From the IMG/VR virus record IMGVR_UViG_3300008262_003210: DNA of 64,000 nt; one strand, written 5' to 3'. This DNA comes from a virus (taxonomy: Duplodnaviria > Caudoviricetes). This document shows positions 56,501 through 63,889 of the stretch, piece after piece. The number at the start of each line of letters is the position of its first letter. Position 1 is the first letter of the stretch. The notes beneath the pieces were generated by a model, which saw only the letters and a program-made list of their open reading frames with translations, was not told where the DNA came from and did no database searches. The translations under genes and the position numbers were made by a program.

Positions 56501-58516
56501 GTTACTATTCCAGATACAGCATCTGGAGGTACAACTAAAGCAGCTTATCAGACAGTAGCTGGTGCAGCTGCAGGTAGCGCATGGACCGCATCGACAGGAT
56601 CGCTTCCAAACGGTTCTTATAACTCAATTATCTACGGAGGCGGATACTGGATTGCTGTTGGTGGTGCTGGTGGCTCTAATGGATGTGCAAGAACTATCGA
56701 TGCTGATACTACATGGAATAATGTTGCATTACCAGCGTTAGGTGCAGGAACTTATAGCGGAGTAGCCTACGGACACGGTGCGTTTGTTGCAATTACTACT
56801 GGTAACAACCAAACAGCAGTCTCTACAACATTAGGTTCGTCATGGTCAGCAGGCGGCACATTACCTTCAACAGCAAGCTGGAGATCTATTGTTTACGGAA
56901 ACGGTAGATTTGTAGCTATGGCATCTGACGGTAGTGTAGCAATCAGTATTGACAAAGGAACCACATGGGTAGCATCTTCAGCAGGACTAGGTACACCTGC
57001 ATATGGTTGGACTGATTTAGCCTACGGACAAGGCGTATTTTTTGCTGTACAAGAAGCAGTAACCGTAGCATCTACAAGCGTTGATGGATTAAACTGGACA
57101 AGACGTACAATGCCAAGCGCAGCCATTTGGCAAACAACTGCATTCGGTAATCCAAATTCTAATCCAACTTTTGTTGCGTTGGCAGGTGTTAGCTCAACAA
57201 CAAATGCAGCAAGTGTAAAAACAGGTGCAAGAGCACAAGGAAGAATTGAAGTTGCTTCTAATGCGGTATCTGAAATTCGAATGATTGAACCAGGTTCTGG
57301 TTATCCAGCAGGTTCAATAACAGCTACAACAGCTACAACAAATATCATTACAACTGGTGATACTACTAACCTTGTTAATTTACAGCCTGTAGAATTTACA
57401 GATTTAGATTCATACGGTTTAGAGACTGGAGTTACCTACTACGTAACAACAGGCACGATTGTTACTGACACTTCATTTAAAGTGTCTATAGATACAACAC
57501 TAGCTGCTGCTGGTATTAGTATTAATCTAACAACTGGAACCGGACTAAGTGGAACTTACCAAGCAGGACCAATTGTAACTCAAGTAGATCCAAATAAAGT
57601 TCGTACTGCTCCAACAAGAGTTCGTATGGCTAACGGTGTGTTAGGTAATCCAAGTTTCAGTAATAGAGGTAGCCTAAATACAACAGCAACCGCAACAGTT
57701 TCAGGTGACGGTTTTAGTGACTTGTATCAAGCCAGCAACTTTATTAACGTTAGCGGACTTTTTGACACTCCTGTGGCAGGTTCTAACGTTGAATTTGCAA
57801 GTATTCCAAATACATGGTTCAAACTTGTAGCAGTAACAAATAAACTAGGAAATCCTGGGGACTATAGTGCTACATTCCAAATTAATCCAGCTCTTAGTGT
57901 ACTAAATGCACCAGATCATAACGACAGGATTACAACAAGATACAAGTATAGCCAAGTTCGACTAACAGGACATGACTTCCTGTACATTGGAACTGGTAAC
58001 TTTAGTGATACAAACTATCCGTTTGTAGATCCATCAACTGCTATCCAGGCAAATCAAACATTTGCATCAGAAGGCGGGCGTGTGTTCTTTACAAGTACTG
58101 ACCAAGACGGTAACTTCAACGTTGGTAACTTGTTTGCAGTTCAACAGGCAACTGGTACAGCAACATTGAATGCGTCAGCGTTCAACTTGTCAGGTTTGCA
58201 ATCCTTGCAACTTGGTACTGTTTCTGTTGGTGCAGGATCAGCAGTAATTACAAGTTTCTCAACAGACCCGTTTTTTACTGCAAACAGTGATAATATTTTA
58301 CCAACACAGCGAGCTATTAAATCATACATTACAGCTCAAATTGGTGGCGGACAAAGCTCACTGAACGTAAATACACTGACTTCAGGTGTTATCTACGTGG
58401 CAAACAACACTATAAGTACAACTAGCGGAGTTCAGATTAATGTCAGAGCTAAGATGTACTTCCAAGGCGGCATTGACGGAGCACCTGTCGCCCTAGCTTA
58501 TTTCATGCAAAGATAA
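47501..58516 (+). CDS. Giant virion adhesin (3671 aa), paralog of 38736, with helical RDxGY repeat insert
   Basis: Same N-terminal W-rich repeats, beta-helix and C-terminal RVFFTSTDQDGNF domain as 38736; 8 RD(A/I)GY(I/F)IDA-x2-YD-x3-GGN-type repeats. Confidence 0.8.
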   Translation: MAEFILGRIKFVYRNNWATSTDYVVDDVVTVGGKTFICIKNHESSAIFETDYDTNTAISKWNLLADGQQWREDWAAATVYNQGDLVKYGGLVYLCNEPHTSATYTSPTWLGLEDDQSKWDIFATSFDWKGAWATSTRYKVNDIVSYNGYTYVCTLKHISAATASLGLEDDLGNWDVVNPGLKYLGSWESLGSSYRYKLNDVVKYGASLWICTAHHTSTTDFEDGDWTIFLNGFEFENSWSSSTTYQVGDIVTYGGVSYVAKQNNDNKKPSAEPTYWDVYTTGFSFEGDWNRLTTYKIGSVVRNGGYTYLAELDSPSITSVATDTTVSTDPTNPNTVSADTTGFVAGMTVYFGTSFGGLVANTKYYVLSAGLSPTRFKVSTTPGGTPVTLTTTTGQTVGVTVSPEPSNTTYWSQLNSGFKWKNNPVTYTAVAGTVQGTSLGINQLFDVTRTGTIYTVTINDGGDYFAAGDEIVIAGTSIGGISPANDLTITVTTESSGVITAVTHAGISVTWTSGLVYVIGDVIFFGASSYTCVTEHVASTGTRPDNDIDATYWNIVSVGAEIATLTTAGDTLYYSPNGPARLPIGRDGQVLRVKDGYPSWETYGHVFNAVFVGPTGVDLPYPQSGFSIDQPWKTVRYACKQIEEGYRDPQTRHILQTNKSFLIKETFNYLEYTYQVSVTGTSVGEFLVADTSMLNLKMPIRFLDQTGSLTLNGNPILSTTTYYVKSITSNTSFTVAATPTGATLVSAGTGTATAKFEYDKAKAKRDAGILIEGMIYDVTHGGNYKTTGNTLSFYDTSGTAYITTNTELQITQFIDSHVYLKSIIPSVLANTVVSPSYQTLNNETDPIYQIIDTDYTAESDALPRLNELFDILIDGLTQGDTSTTPIAKTPNTTINIKTGTYLEVLPVVVPEYTALVGDELRSTVVQPRGGNDLLVNDQPKTKSALERLKAVLPNIMSNTAVSASAENTVNQEYLYTAQDNTITASITANTNTMVDIIVNGDNFSTASPVAVLPTPTGGSNNAFTAGYFNAARLIKLNRALIVDEVEYLMDTTYNTLWNTTFTATQRAQTLRDAGYIVDAVVYDLTYGGNLASVIAGRSYYSKGSIVVPTSKTETLACQARIKDIIDNIAQGLTTGWTKNSALSQDISGTAGSLAAATAAQARVQEIYDATDTGTAPTTIAPDITWPSALKLSANTSIVAAITDIQAETQQWIQDAYPLLPYDVTLCDRDIGYFIDALRYDMMFGSNFLSIWNGESYRRNLTSTQFVVDNQLEAEVGMIGFLSAIIKEITGGGTSGSAGSFRAIRRVESAAKTVYNIIASGFTRVPSIQFTTPTGYNTSALTDTAYAATGYATGDTTGFGDGKAQLVQNYDFIVADVLQFYANGSYSAIWAATTTEGRDKGKRDIRYILDALQHDMTYGGNYQASIAGSSYYSSYLLNISEEEKPAFLDAFAFMKVLVGQIVREDAITAQSGNTVNRVTTGPGGSAAAGAFAEDRIQDVIDWITDGEAPTQVAPYYGWASDTLQNAYNAVVAKREEISLDATGWVQKYYQEVLLDLTLTTRDAELVIDAIALDMVLGTNFNALSAGRAYLRGTASTEALLNGPIKDPTLGAIDFIKFKVKTIAGYGAVAQAQSILTDIINKTSSNFTPKLAMIEPVLPAGSYSAISGTNTVGSGSSATFNFVRTNAGFTPSVNAGGTGYAVNDQIRINGSDIGGRTSANDITVLVTGVSGSTINRVKVLTDREAVILLEDNRDFLLSEVIAYIDYTYPSLVYNKDLTVRDAGYIIDAVHYDLLYGGDFASQQAGQAYYTFGTSQISAYVKTATLDAINRLKTTAKQVIQNTSVTITTGNTKTQVFKNGAQLQGSFATATMMDSLITKIYNYVDLGLIAGAPSVTVTDIATGDTFTSNAHGLENGDYIVNESTTVFGLTSGTRYYVVNATTNAFKLAATYNGTALTSFTNGTGLSLSLHYTNNPYLGWVNADLITEYSTLMADRNTITADVVTWIDENYPNLVYDSALAARDSGLAIDAACFDFMFNSNFRGVKGAQSYARPQSVELLKGTLAKATRESLKYLTEVVLDEITDDTAQTRARKSLVYVIDYLAGKSVDEDTETNGTIFYNMNEGVLRGVEILRANTAFLANESSAWTTKTYSSTVTSTASTGNVITTSSSHNFSVGDPVKFTFTEYNYIATSASSVTNRFTLNNTAGLVVGMPVSFSGALLFGGVINSSSYFVDGIVGNEISIRSSNGGTTYALSSGSGVMAVTVGGVMGGLVENQTYFVLTTPSITTLTVTATQFSSIPFILSNAVGEMTAGYAFDEDLCKRDMTEFVHALVYDTQYTGNYKSKRAARLYFNAIKGSNKSDMWHVRNATGVRNMTMNGIEGTLSIPNKFGTRRPEAGSYTSLDPGFGPYDRNAWVNNRSCYVQNCTLFGSGTAALKIDGALHAGGNRSIVANDYTTFISDGIGTWCSGSNSLTELVSVFAYYSYAGYIADLGAKIRATNGNSSYGTYGVVAEGVDTYEEPIYGNLNNRGAEAFITNVLTDGAEEVLRIEFANAGQSYTNAEWNVSGAGFNIVAVGDEFRDRAVTETRLIDLNDGFGYGGDGYLTASNAAQISGIGTILLAASDTQLSSAYIGMRVLLIAGTGAGQTAAILTYNNGSKEAKIYKESFTTLTVTATDDSNDRLTVASTITLYANMPIYLGSAIGGASANILYYVKDIISTTQFTISTSSGGGTFDITSATTGQSVSLYAAGWDHTVPGKTIANSLDLTTTYIVEPRITYTEPGFTSTARTLSSSSIWKSVTYSAGRFIAVSTAGTATSTSTNGTTWATGGNLPSSANWVDVVYGGGEGATATAVVGGLGGIGAELEAVIVSGQVTAVNIIQGGFGYLTPPTITFSSGLAAASAIVLDGEIVGVEVSIPGSGYITAPTVTARTDIITGFTINTSGKNYTSPPNVTISGGGSTNQATGTAVLNTNNGLASITVGNSGGTGYTSQPTVTIIDTNAKFVTIPDTASGGTTKAAYQTVAGAAAGSAWTASTGSLPNGSYNSIIYGGGYWIAVGGAGGSNGCARTIDADTTWNNVALPALGAGTYSGVAYGHGAFVAITTGNNQTAVSTTLGSSWSAGGTLPSTASWRSIVYGNGRFVAMASDGSVAISIDKGTTWVASSAGLGTPAYGWTDLAYGQGVFFAVQEAVTVASTSVDGLNWTRRTMPSAAIWQTTAFGNPNSNPTFVALAGVSSTTNAASVKTGARAQGRIEVASNAVSEIRMIEPGSGYPAGSITATTATTNIITTGDTTNLVNLQPVEFTDLDSYGLETGVTYYVTTGTIVTDTSFKVSIDTTLAAAGISINLTTGTGLSGTYQAGPIVTQVDPNKVRTAPTRVRMANGVLGNPSFSNRGSLNTTATATVSGDGFSDLYQASNFINVSGLFDTPVAGSNVEFASIPNTWFKLVAVTNKLGNPGDYSATFQINPALSVLNAPDHNDRITTRYKYSQVRLTGHDFLYIGTGNFSDTNYPFVDPSTAIQANQTFASEGGRVFFTSTDQDGNFNVGNLFAVQQATGTATLNASAFNLSGLQSLQLGTVSVGAGSAVITSFSTDPFFTANSDNILPTQRAIKSYITAQIGGGQSSLNVNTLTSGVIYVANNTISTTSGVQINVRAKMYFQGGIDGAPVALAYFMQR

Positions 58517-58531
58517 TGGAGAAAAATTAAT

Positions 58532-58858
58532 ATGGCAACAGGAAGATTAGCAGCGCCAGCACAACTGGCAGCAACAACAAACACAACTGTTTATACAGTT
58601 CCAACCGGATACTATGCGGTGGCAAACGTGTCGTTTTGTAATACAGGTTCAAGCTCTGTAGCAATTCGTCTAGCGATGGCAACATCAGGAACACCAAGCG
58701 CAGCAGAATGGATTGAATATGACACAGTTATAGTTGGTAAAGGTGTTTTTGAACGTACAGGTTTAGTCTTGCAAGCAGGTTTAAATCTTATAGCGTATTC
58801 AAACACTGGAGCAGCCGTAAGTGTCAGTGTTTATGGATTTGAAACAGCAACAACATAA
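58532..58858 (+). CDS. Small beta-sandwich structural protein (paralog family of 3)
   Basis: 108 aa; TTVYTVP...ANVSFCNTG...IRLAM...ERTGLVL. Confidence 0.6.
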   Translation: MATGRLAAPAQLAATTNTTVYTVPTGYYAVANVSFCNTGSSSVAIRLAMATSGTPSAAEWIEYDTVIVGKGVFERTGLVLQAGLNLIAYSNTGAAVSVSVYGFETATT

Positions 58859-58874
58859 TAGGGGATAGAGCGAC

Positions 58875-59453
58875 ATGGCACGTTATAACACCGTAAATAC
58901 GGCTACAACATCTAGCGGTACAGCTACATTTAGTACACCTACACAAGGTTTGCTTACAACACTAACTGGAGTAGCACCTTACACAGTTACACTAGCTATG
59001 CCAGCAATGTTTACCGGTATTACGCAGAGCTTTTTTAATAATACCGGTGGTGTAGTAACACTTACCACACCATCAGGAAATATACTTGGTGCAGGATTTT
59101 CAGGCGCAGTATCACAAACTATTCCTGCTAATGCTACCTATACTCTAACATCAGATGGAACTAACTATGTTATTGTTAACAACGAAGGTGGACCAATTTC
59201 AGCAACAACGTTAAGTGCCAGTGGCACAGTTACACTCAGCCCAACTACTGCTGGAGTTTCAATTAATCCTGCCAACGGCAACGTTGTTATAAGCCCAACA
59301 GGAACTGGAACTGTTACAATTAATCCGGCTGTAACTGGGACAATTAACAAAGTAAATATTGGTGCATCAACTGCGGGCGACGCAACATTTAATACAGTTA
59401 CATTGAATACAACACTTACTGGAAACGGCACTATTGATGGAGGCACATTCTAA
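58875..59453 (+). CDS. Short fibre/connector protein
   Basis: Thr/Gly-rich, I-x-P-x-G-T-G-T-V repeats, ends IDGGTF. Confidence 0.55.
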   Translation: MARYNTVNTATTSSGTATFSTPTQGLLTTLTGVAPYTVTLAMPAMFTGITQSFFNNTGGVVTLTTPSGNILGAGFSGAVSQTIPANATYTLTSDGTNYVIVNNEGGPISATTLSASGTVTLSPTTAGVSINPANGNVVISPTGTGTVTINPAVTGTINKVNIGASTAGDATFNTVTLNTTLTGNGTIDGGTF

Positions 59454-60412
59454 TGCCAACGATTAAATTAAAGACTAATAGCACACCAGGACAAGTTCCT
59501 TCTAGCTTAGATGTTGGAGAAATTGCTATGAATACTGGAGACGGTAATGTCTTTATAGGCACAGGCAGCGGTGTGGTTAAAATTGTAGGTACAGCAGCAA
59601 GATTTCCAGCAAATTCAGTTACGTTTACTGGAGGAACTGTAAATGGCACAGCAATAGGAACAACAACCCCAAGTAGCATAGCCGTTAGCAATCTTCAACT
59701 TAACAGCGGCCAAACAGTAAGTTCGGTTTCAACGTCTACTAGTTTAGGTACAAGTAATACAACTCTTGCTACAAGAGATGCTGTTACAGGGTATGTTGAC
59801 ACCATGCGTGGCACACTTAAAAATATCTTTACATACACCAGTGGTACAAATACCTACACAAAAAGTGGAACTGATGTAAAACAACTTAGAGTTATCTGTG
59901 TTGGCGGTGGAGGTGGTGGACGTGGTTACGGAGAAAGCGGCGGCGCTGGCGGATTTTCAGAAGCGTGGATTAATGCAACCGGTATAACAACAGTTACCGT
60001 GACCATAGGCGGTGGTGGCGGTGGTGGCGTGTATTACGGATACAGTCCTAGCGGTGCAACTACAAGTTTTGGTGGATTTTGTTCAGCCAGCGGTGGCAAC
60101 GGTGCAAATAATAATCAAGACCACACAGGCGGTCAAGGTGGTATTGGATCAGGTGGTAATTTAAATTTTCATGGCGGCGGCGGTCGCGGCCATATCAATT
60201 GTCACACAGCGAGTTATCATAATCCAGGACACGGCGGAAATAGTTTCTTTGGAGGGTCTACACCAGGTGTACACTATACTAGTAGATCCCAAGATAACTC
60301 TGCGTTTGGTGCAGGAGGCACAGGATCTAATTTCTATAACAACGGTGCCAATAATTACGACAGAGGTTTTGATGGTCAAACCGGTGTTTGTGTAGTTTAC
60401 GAATATAAGTAA
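59453..60412 (+). CDS. Gly-rich adhesin/fibre 1
   Basis: N-terminal GEIAMNTGDGNVFIG (like the T4 gp37 N-terminal GELAINL); C-terminal polyglycine domain ending GVCVVYEYK. Confidence 0.7.
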   Translation: MPTIKLKTNSTPGQVPSSLDVGEIAMNTGDGNVFIGTGSGVVKIVGTAARFPANSVTFTGGTVNGTAIGTTTPSSIAVSNLQLNSGQTVSSVSTSTSLGTSNTTLATRDAVTGYVDTMRGTLKNIFTYTSGTNTYTKSGTDVKQLRVICVGGGGGGRGYGESGGAGGFSEAWINATGITTVTVTIGGGGGGGVYYGYSPSGATTSFGGFCSASGGNGANNNQDHTGGQGGIGSGGNLNFHGGGGRGHINCHTASYHNPGHGGNSFFGGSTPGVHYTSRSQDNSAFGAGGTGSNFYNNGANNYDRGFDGQTGVCVVYEYK

Positions 60413-60418
60413 AATATT

Positions 60419-61924
60419 ATGCCAAAAATTAAAGTTAAAACATCAACAACTGCATCAGCTGTTCCAGCTAATGGATCCCTAGAACAAGGGGAAATAGCTG
60501 TTAACTTAGCAGACAACAAAATTTACATGGGAAATGCTTCAGGCAATCCGGTATTAATGGGAGATAGCCTTGGTAGGCAAGATTCAAATGCTGTTATAAT
60601 TACTGGCGGCTCAATTAACAGTACAACTATAAGTGCAACTACAGGAAATTTTAGTTCTTTAGGCATGTCTTCTGAAAGAATATGGTACGATGAAGGCACA
60701 AATGCAGGAGCGTTTACAGCCAATTGGAACGATGCAACTACAACTAACATGCCAGAATTTGGCGGGTTAGGGAATGTTACTGCACACGGTTGGACTGCTG
60801 GTCCTAGAAGCTACACTTTAAATCTAAATGGAATTCCAACCCACACCGAAGTCAGATATCAAGTCTTTTGGCATCATGTAGATAGTATTGATAACGAAGC
60901 AAATGAATTATATACTACAAATAGTGCAGGATCGGAAGTTTTAAGAGTTGCATTCACAAGAACTAGCGGAACACCACCAAGTTACTCAACAATAGCAAGT
61001 GGAACAACAGTTAGATGGCATGCAAATCGTTGGTACTCAACTGCTCCGTGGGGAGGTGTAGGTAGAAATGTTGAACAAGGAGCCGGCAATGGATATATTG
61101 TAATGGATACTGGTTGGTATGCACATACTCCTAGTACATTTACTGCTAGACATTTTACTGGTGTTGATCAAGCTCAGTCAGACGAAGCAGTTTATCTTTC
61201 ACATGTAAGACTTTGGATTAGAGGCGGCACTAGTACAGTAACAAGTATATCCACTTCGACTGCCTTAGATACCAGTGCAACAACCCTAGCAACACAAGGT
61301 GCAATCAAATCGTACATTGACACAAACATGTCAGGTTTGGTAAAAAATGTCTTTACATACACCAGTGGTACAAACACCTACACAAAAAGCGGTACAGATG
61401 TTAAAAGAATAAGGGTCATTTGTATTGGTGGAGGTGGTGGTGGACGAGGCTATGGCGAAAGTGGTGGCGCAGGCGGCTACGCTGAACGAACACTTGACGC
61501 GGCCAGCATTTCTACTGTAACTGTCACAATAGGTGGTGGTGGCGGAGGTGGTGGCTATTTTGGTTACAGCCCAGCAGGCGGAACTACTAGTTTTGGCAGT
61601 TATCTCAGTGCCTCTGGCGGCTCTGGTGCTAACAATCACGGATCACACATTGGCGGACACGGCGGTATTGGATCGCAAGGCGACGTAAATTCTTATGGTG
61701 GCGGCGGCATGGGTCACAACAACGGACGGAATAACCCCTCTAATTCAGCAGTAGGTCGAGGCGGCGGCAGTTTCTTTGGAGGATCTAGAAATAGTCATCA
61801 TAGTGCTTCTCGACCAGCAGACCACGGAGCACCAGGTGCGGGTGCTTCTGGATCGGTCGGTGATTCAGGCGGTGCTGGTTCGGACGGCCGTACAGGAATT
61901 TGCATAGTTTATGAACTAAGGTAA
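60419..61924 (+). CDS. Gly-rich adhesin/fibre 2 (with ~200-aa central insert)
   Basis: GEIAVNLADNKIY; same C-terminal Gly-rich domain ending GICIVYELR. Confidence 0.7.
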   Translation: MPKIKVKTSTTASAVPANGSLEQGEIAVNLADNKIYMGNASGNPVLMGDSLGRQDSNAVIITGGSINSTTISATTGNFSSLGMSSERIWYDEGTNAGAFTANWNDATTTNMPEFGGLGNVTAHGWTAGPRSYTLNLNGIPTHTEVRYQVFWHHVDSIDNEANELYTTNSAGSEVLRVAFTRTSGTPPSYSTIASGTTVRWHANRWYSTAPWGGVGRNVEQGAGNGYIVMDTGWYAHTPSTFTARHFTGVDQAQSDEAVYLSHVRLWIRGGTSTVTSISTSTALDTSATTLATQGAIKSYIDTNMSGLVKNVFTYTSGTNTYTKSGTDVKRIRVICIGGGGGGRGYGESGGAGGYAERTLDAASISTVTVTIGGGGGGGGYFGYSPAGGTTSFGSYLSASGGSGANNHGSHIGGHGGIGSQGDVNSYGGGGMGHNNGRNNPSNSAVGRGGGSFFGGSRNSHHSASRPADHGAPGAGASGSVGDSGGAGSDGRTGICIVYELR

Positions 61925-61930
61925 GGAAAA

Positions 61931-62878
61931 ATGCCAAAATACAAATTTAAAAATTCAAATACAGCATCAACTGTTCCTAGCTCTTTAGTAGCAGGAGAAG
62001 TTGCATTTAATCTGTCAGACGGAAGAGGTTGGCAAGGAAATAGTGCAGCATCAGTTACAAAAATTATAGACACAGTTGGTAAACAGGCAGCAAATAATGT
62101 AGCTATAACCGGAGGTTCTCTTGCTGTAACTAGTGTTGGTGCTACAGCTCAGGCCGCAGCAGTTGCAACTTCAACTACAATTGGCGGAACAGCATTGGCT
62201 AATATATCTTCAGATCCAAGATCTGTTGCCACAAACGCTGTTTTAACTAATTATGCAGCTCAAAATTTAGCAGTTGAAGCTGGATCAAAGTTAAAAAATG
62301 TCTTTACATACACTGGCGGAACAAATACCTATACAAAAAGCGGCGATGATGTTAGAATAATACATGTAATAGTCTGCGGAGGTGGCGGTGGTGGCCGTGC
62401 GTATGCCGAATCAGGCGGCGCCGGCGGGTACGCTGAAAGAGTAATAGATGCTACTGGTATAACAACTGTTACAGTAACAGTTGGTGGCGGCGGAGCAGGC
62501 GGGGCATATTTTGGATTTAGCCCCGGCGGATCTACAACTAGTTTTGGAGGATTTGTTTCAGCACCAGGAGGTGGTGGCGCAAATGCTCACATACAGCATA
62601 ATGGTGGTTTAGGTGGACTAGGATCAGGCGGACAACTAAATGTGTGGGGAGGTGGCGGTGGTGGCCACAACAATCAAGATCAATATAACGGTAACGGTGC
62701 TCCCGGACACGGTGGAGTAAGCTTCTTTGGCGGCTCTCAACCTAGTGGGCACGGTGGTCAACAACCATCAGATGTAGCAGCTTGGGGTTCAGGTGGAGTA
62801 GCAACTAACCCAGCCCATAACGGCCAAGGCGGCAGAAATGGCAAGGGCGGAATTTGTATTGTTTATGAATATAAATAA
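61931..62878 (+). CDS. Gly-rich adhesin/fibre 3
   Basis: GEVAFNLSDGR; C-terminal Gly-rich domain ending GICIVYEYK. Confidence 0.7.
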   Translation: MPKYKFKNSNTASTVPSSLVAGEVAFNLSDGRGWQGNSAASVTKIIDTVGKQAANNVAITGGSLAVTSVGATAQAAAVATSTTIGGTALANISSDPRSVATNAVLTNYAAQNLAVEAGSKLKNVFTYTGGTNTYTKSGDDVRIIHVIVCGGGGGGRAYAESGGAGGYAERVIDATGITTVTVTVGGGGAGGAYFGFSPGGSTTSFGGFVSAPGGGGANAHIQHNGGLGGLGSGGQLNVWGGGGGGHNNQDQYNGNGAPGHGGVSFFGGSQPSGHGGQQPSDVAAWGSGGVATNPAHNGQGGRNGKGGICIVYEYK

Positions 62879-62896
62879 AAAATAGGAATTAGGAAC

Positions 62897-63292
62897 ATGA
62901 AAAGAGCATTAGTTGATAAAAGATTTTGGACTGTATGTCAAATACTAGGACCAGACGAAAACGAGTTTGAAACAACCTCAGATTTTATCTGGGTTGACTG
63001 CCCTGATAATTGCGAATCAGCCTGGGGATACGACGAAGACACAAGAGAATTCACAGACCCACATGCTCATGCAAGGGACGAATTTGGAAATCCAATTGAA
63101 CCATTTTACATGCAAAGAATGAGAGCATATCCTCCCATGGGTGATCAATTAGATATGTTGTTTAAAGAAATAAGAGATACTGGTACAATTTCTTCGGACG
63201 GACAATGGTTCCAATCCATACAGACTGTCAAAGATACTGTTCCTAAACCAGGTGCAGAAGGCGATCCTGGAAATTACCTTCCTCCTACCTAA
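62897..63292 (+). CDS. Fibre assembly/chaperone-like protein
   Basis: RMRAYPPMGDQLDMLF motif typical of small proteins downstream of phage fibre genes. Confidence 0.55.
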   Translation: MKRALVDKRFWTVCQILGPDENEFETTSDFIWVDCPDNCESAWGYDEDTREFTDPHAHARDEFGNPIEPFYMQRMRAYPPMGDQLDMLFKEIRDTGTISSDGQWFQSIQTVKDTVPKPGAEGDPGNYLPPT

Positions 63293-63889
63293 TCACCATA
63301 CACCAAAGTTAACTACACATCTGTGTCCGGTAGTTGGCCTAGTGCTAGTATGATAACGAGAGCCATCAAATACGATGGCTCTTCCTTTTTTAGGTGTAAT
63401 ACTCTTAAAAATTTGTAAATTTTCTTTTTTAAGATCATCAGGCGGAATGTCTCTAAAAGTTTTGTCATATATTACAGTATCTCCGTCGCTGTCTGTAACA
63501 TAATATAGAACTACAATATGACTAACTTCTCTATCAACATGCGGATGGTCTAATGCACTTTCTAAATTTGGCAGTGGGATAGTTAAAAAACTTCTTGCAG
63601 CAATAACTTCGTTTACATGAAATTTAATTTTTTCGCAAGCATTATATACAATAGGTAAAACTAGTCCGTATCCAGGACTGATAATTCCAGCAGTCCTGTC
63701 ATAGAATTTATGAGCAAATGCAGGTTTAGCAACTGCTACATTTAATTCGTTAAATTTTTCATTGTCAAATGTTATATCTCTCATATAATGCCAAGTTATA
63801 TTATTTCCCAGCATCTGAGTTTCTATCAAATCTTGATATTGTTTAGGAACAATATCATCTAATACAACAACGTCGTCTATTATAAGCAT
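63293..63889 (-). CDS. 2OG-Fe(II) oxygenase family protein
   Basis: HPHVD (HxD), LYYVTDSDGDT, PKKGRAIVFDG-x2-YH, distal R. Confidence 0.85.
   Translation of the reverse strand: MLIIDDVVVLDDIVPKQYQDLIETQMLGNNITWHYMRDITFDNEKFNELNVAVAKPAFAHKFYDRTAGIISPGYGLVLPIVYNACEKIKFHVNEVIAARSFLTIPLPNLESALDHPHVDREVSHIVVLYYVTDSDGDTVIYDKTFRDIPPDDLKKENLQIFKSITPKKGRAIVFDGSRYHTSTRPTTGHRCVVNFGVW

Noticed and set aside
455-61639. Numerous short antisense or out-of-frame ORFs in the track (60-170 aa)
   Set aside because: They lie inside long conserved genes, and codon bias in Thr/Gly/Asn-rich genes makes stop-free antisense frames common.
59453-62878. Diversity-generating retroelement acting on the adhesins or FG-GAP repeats
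   Set aside because: No reverse transcriptase in the window, and differences between copies are not restricted to adenines.
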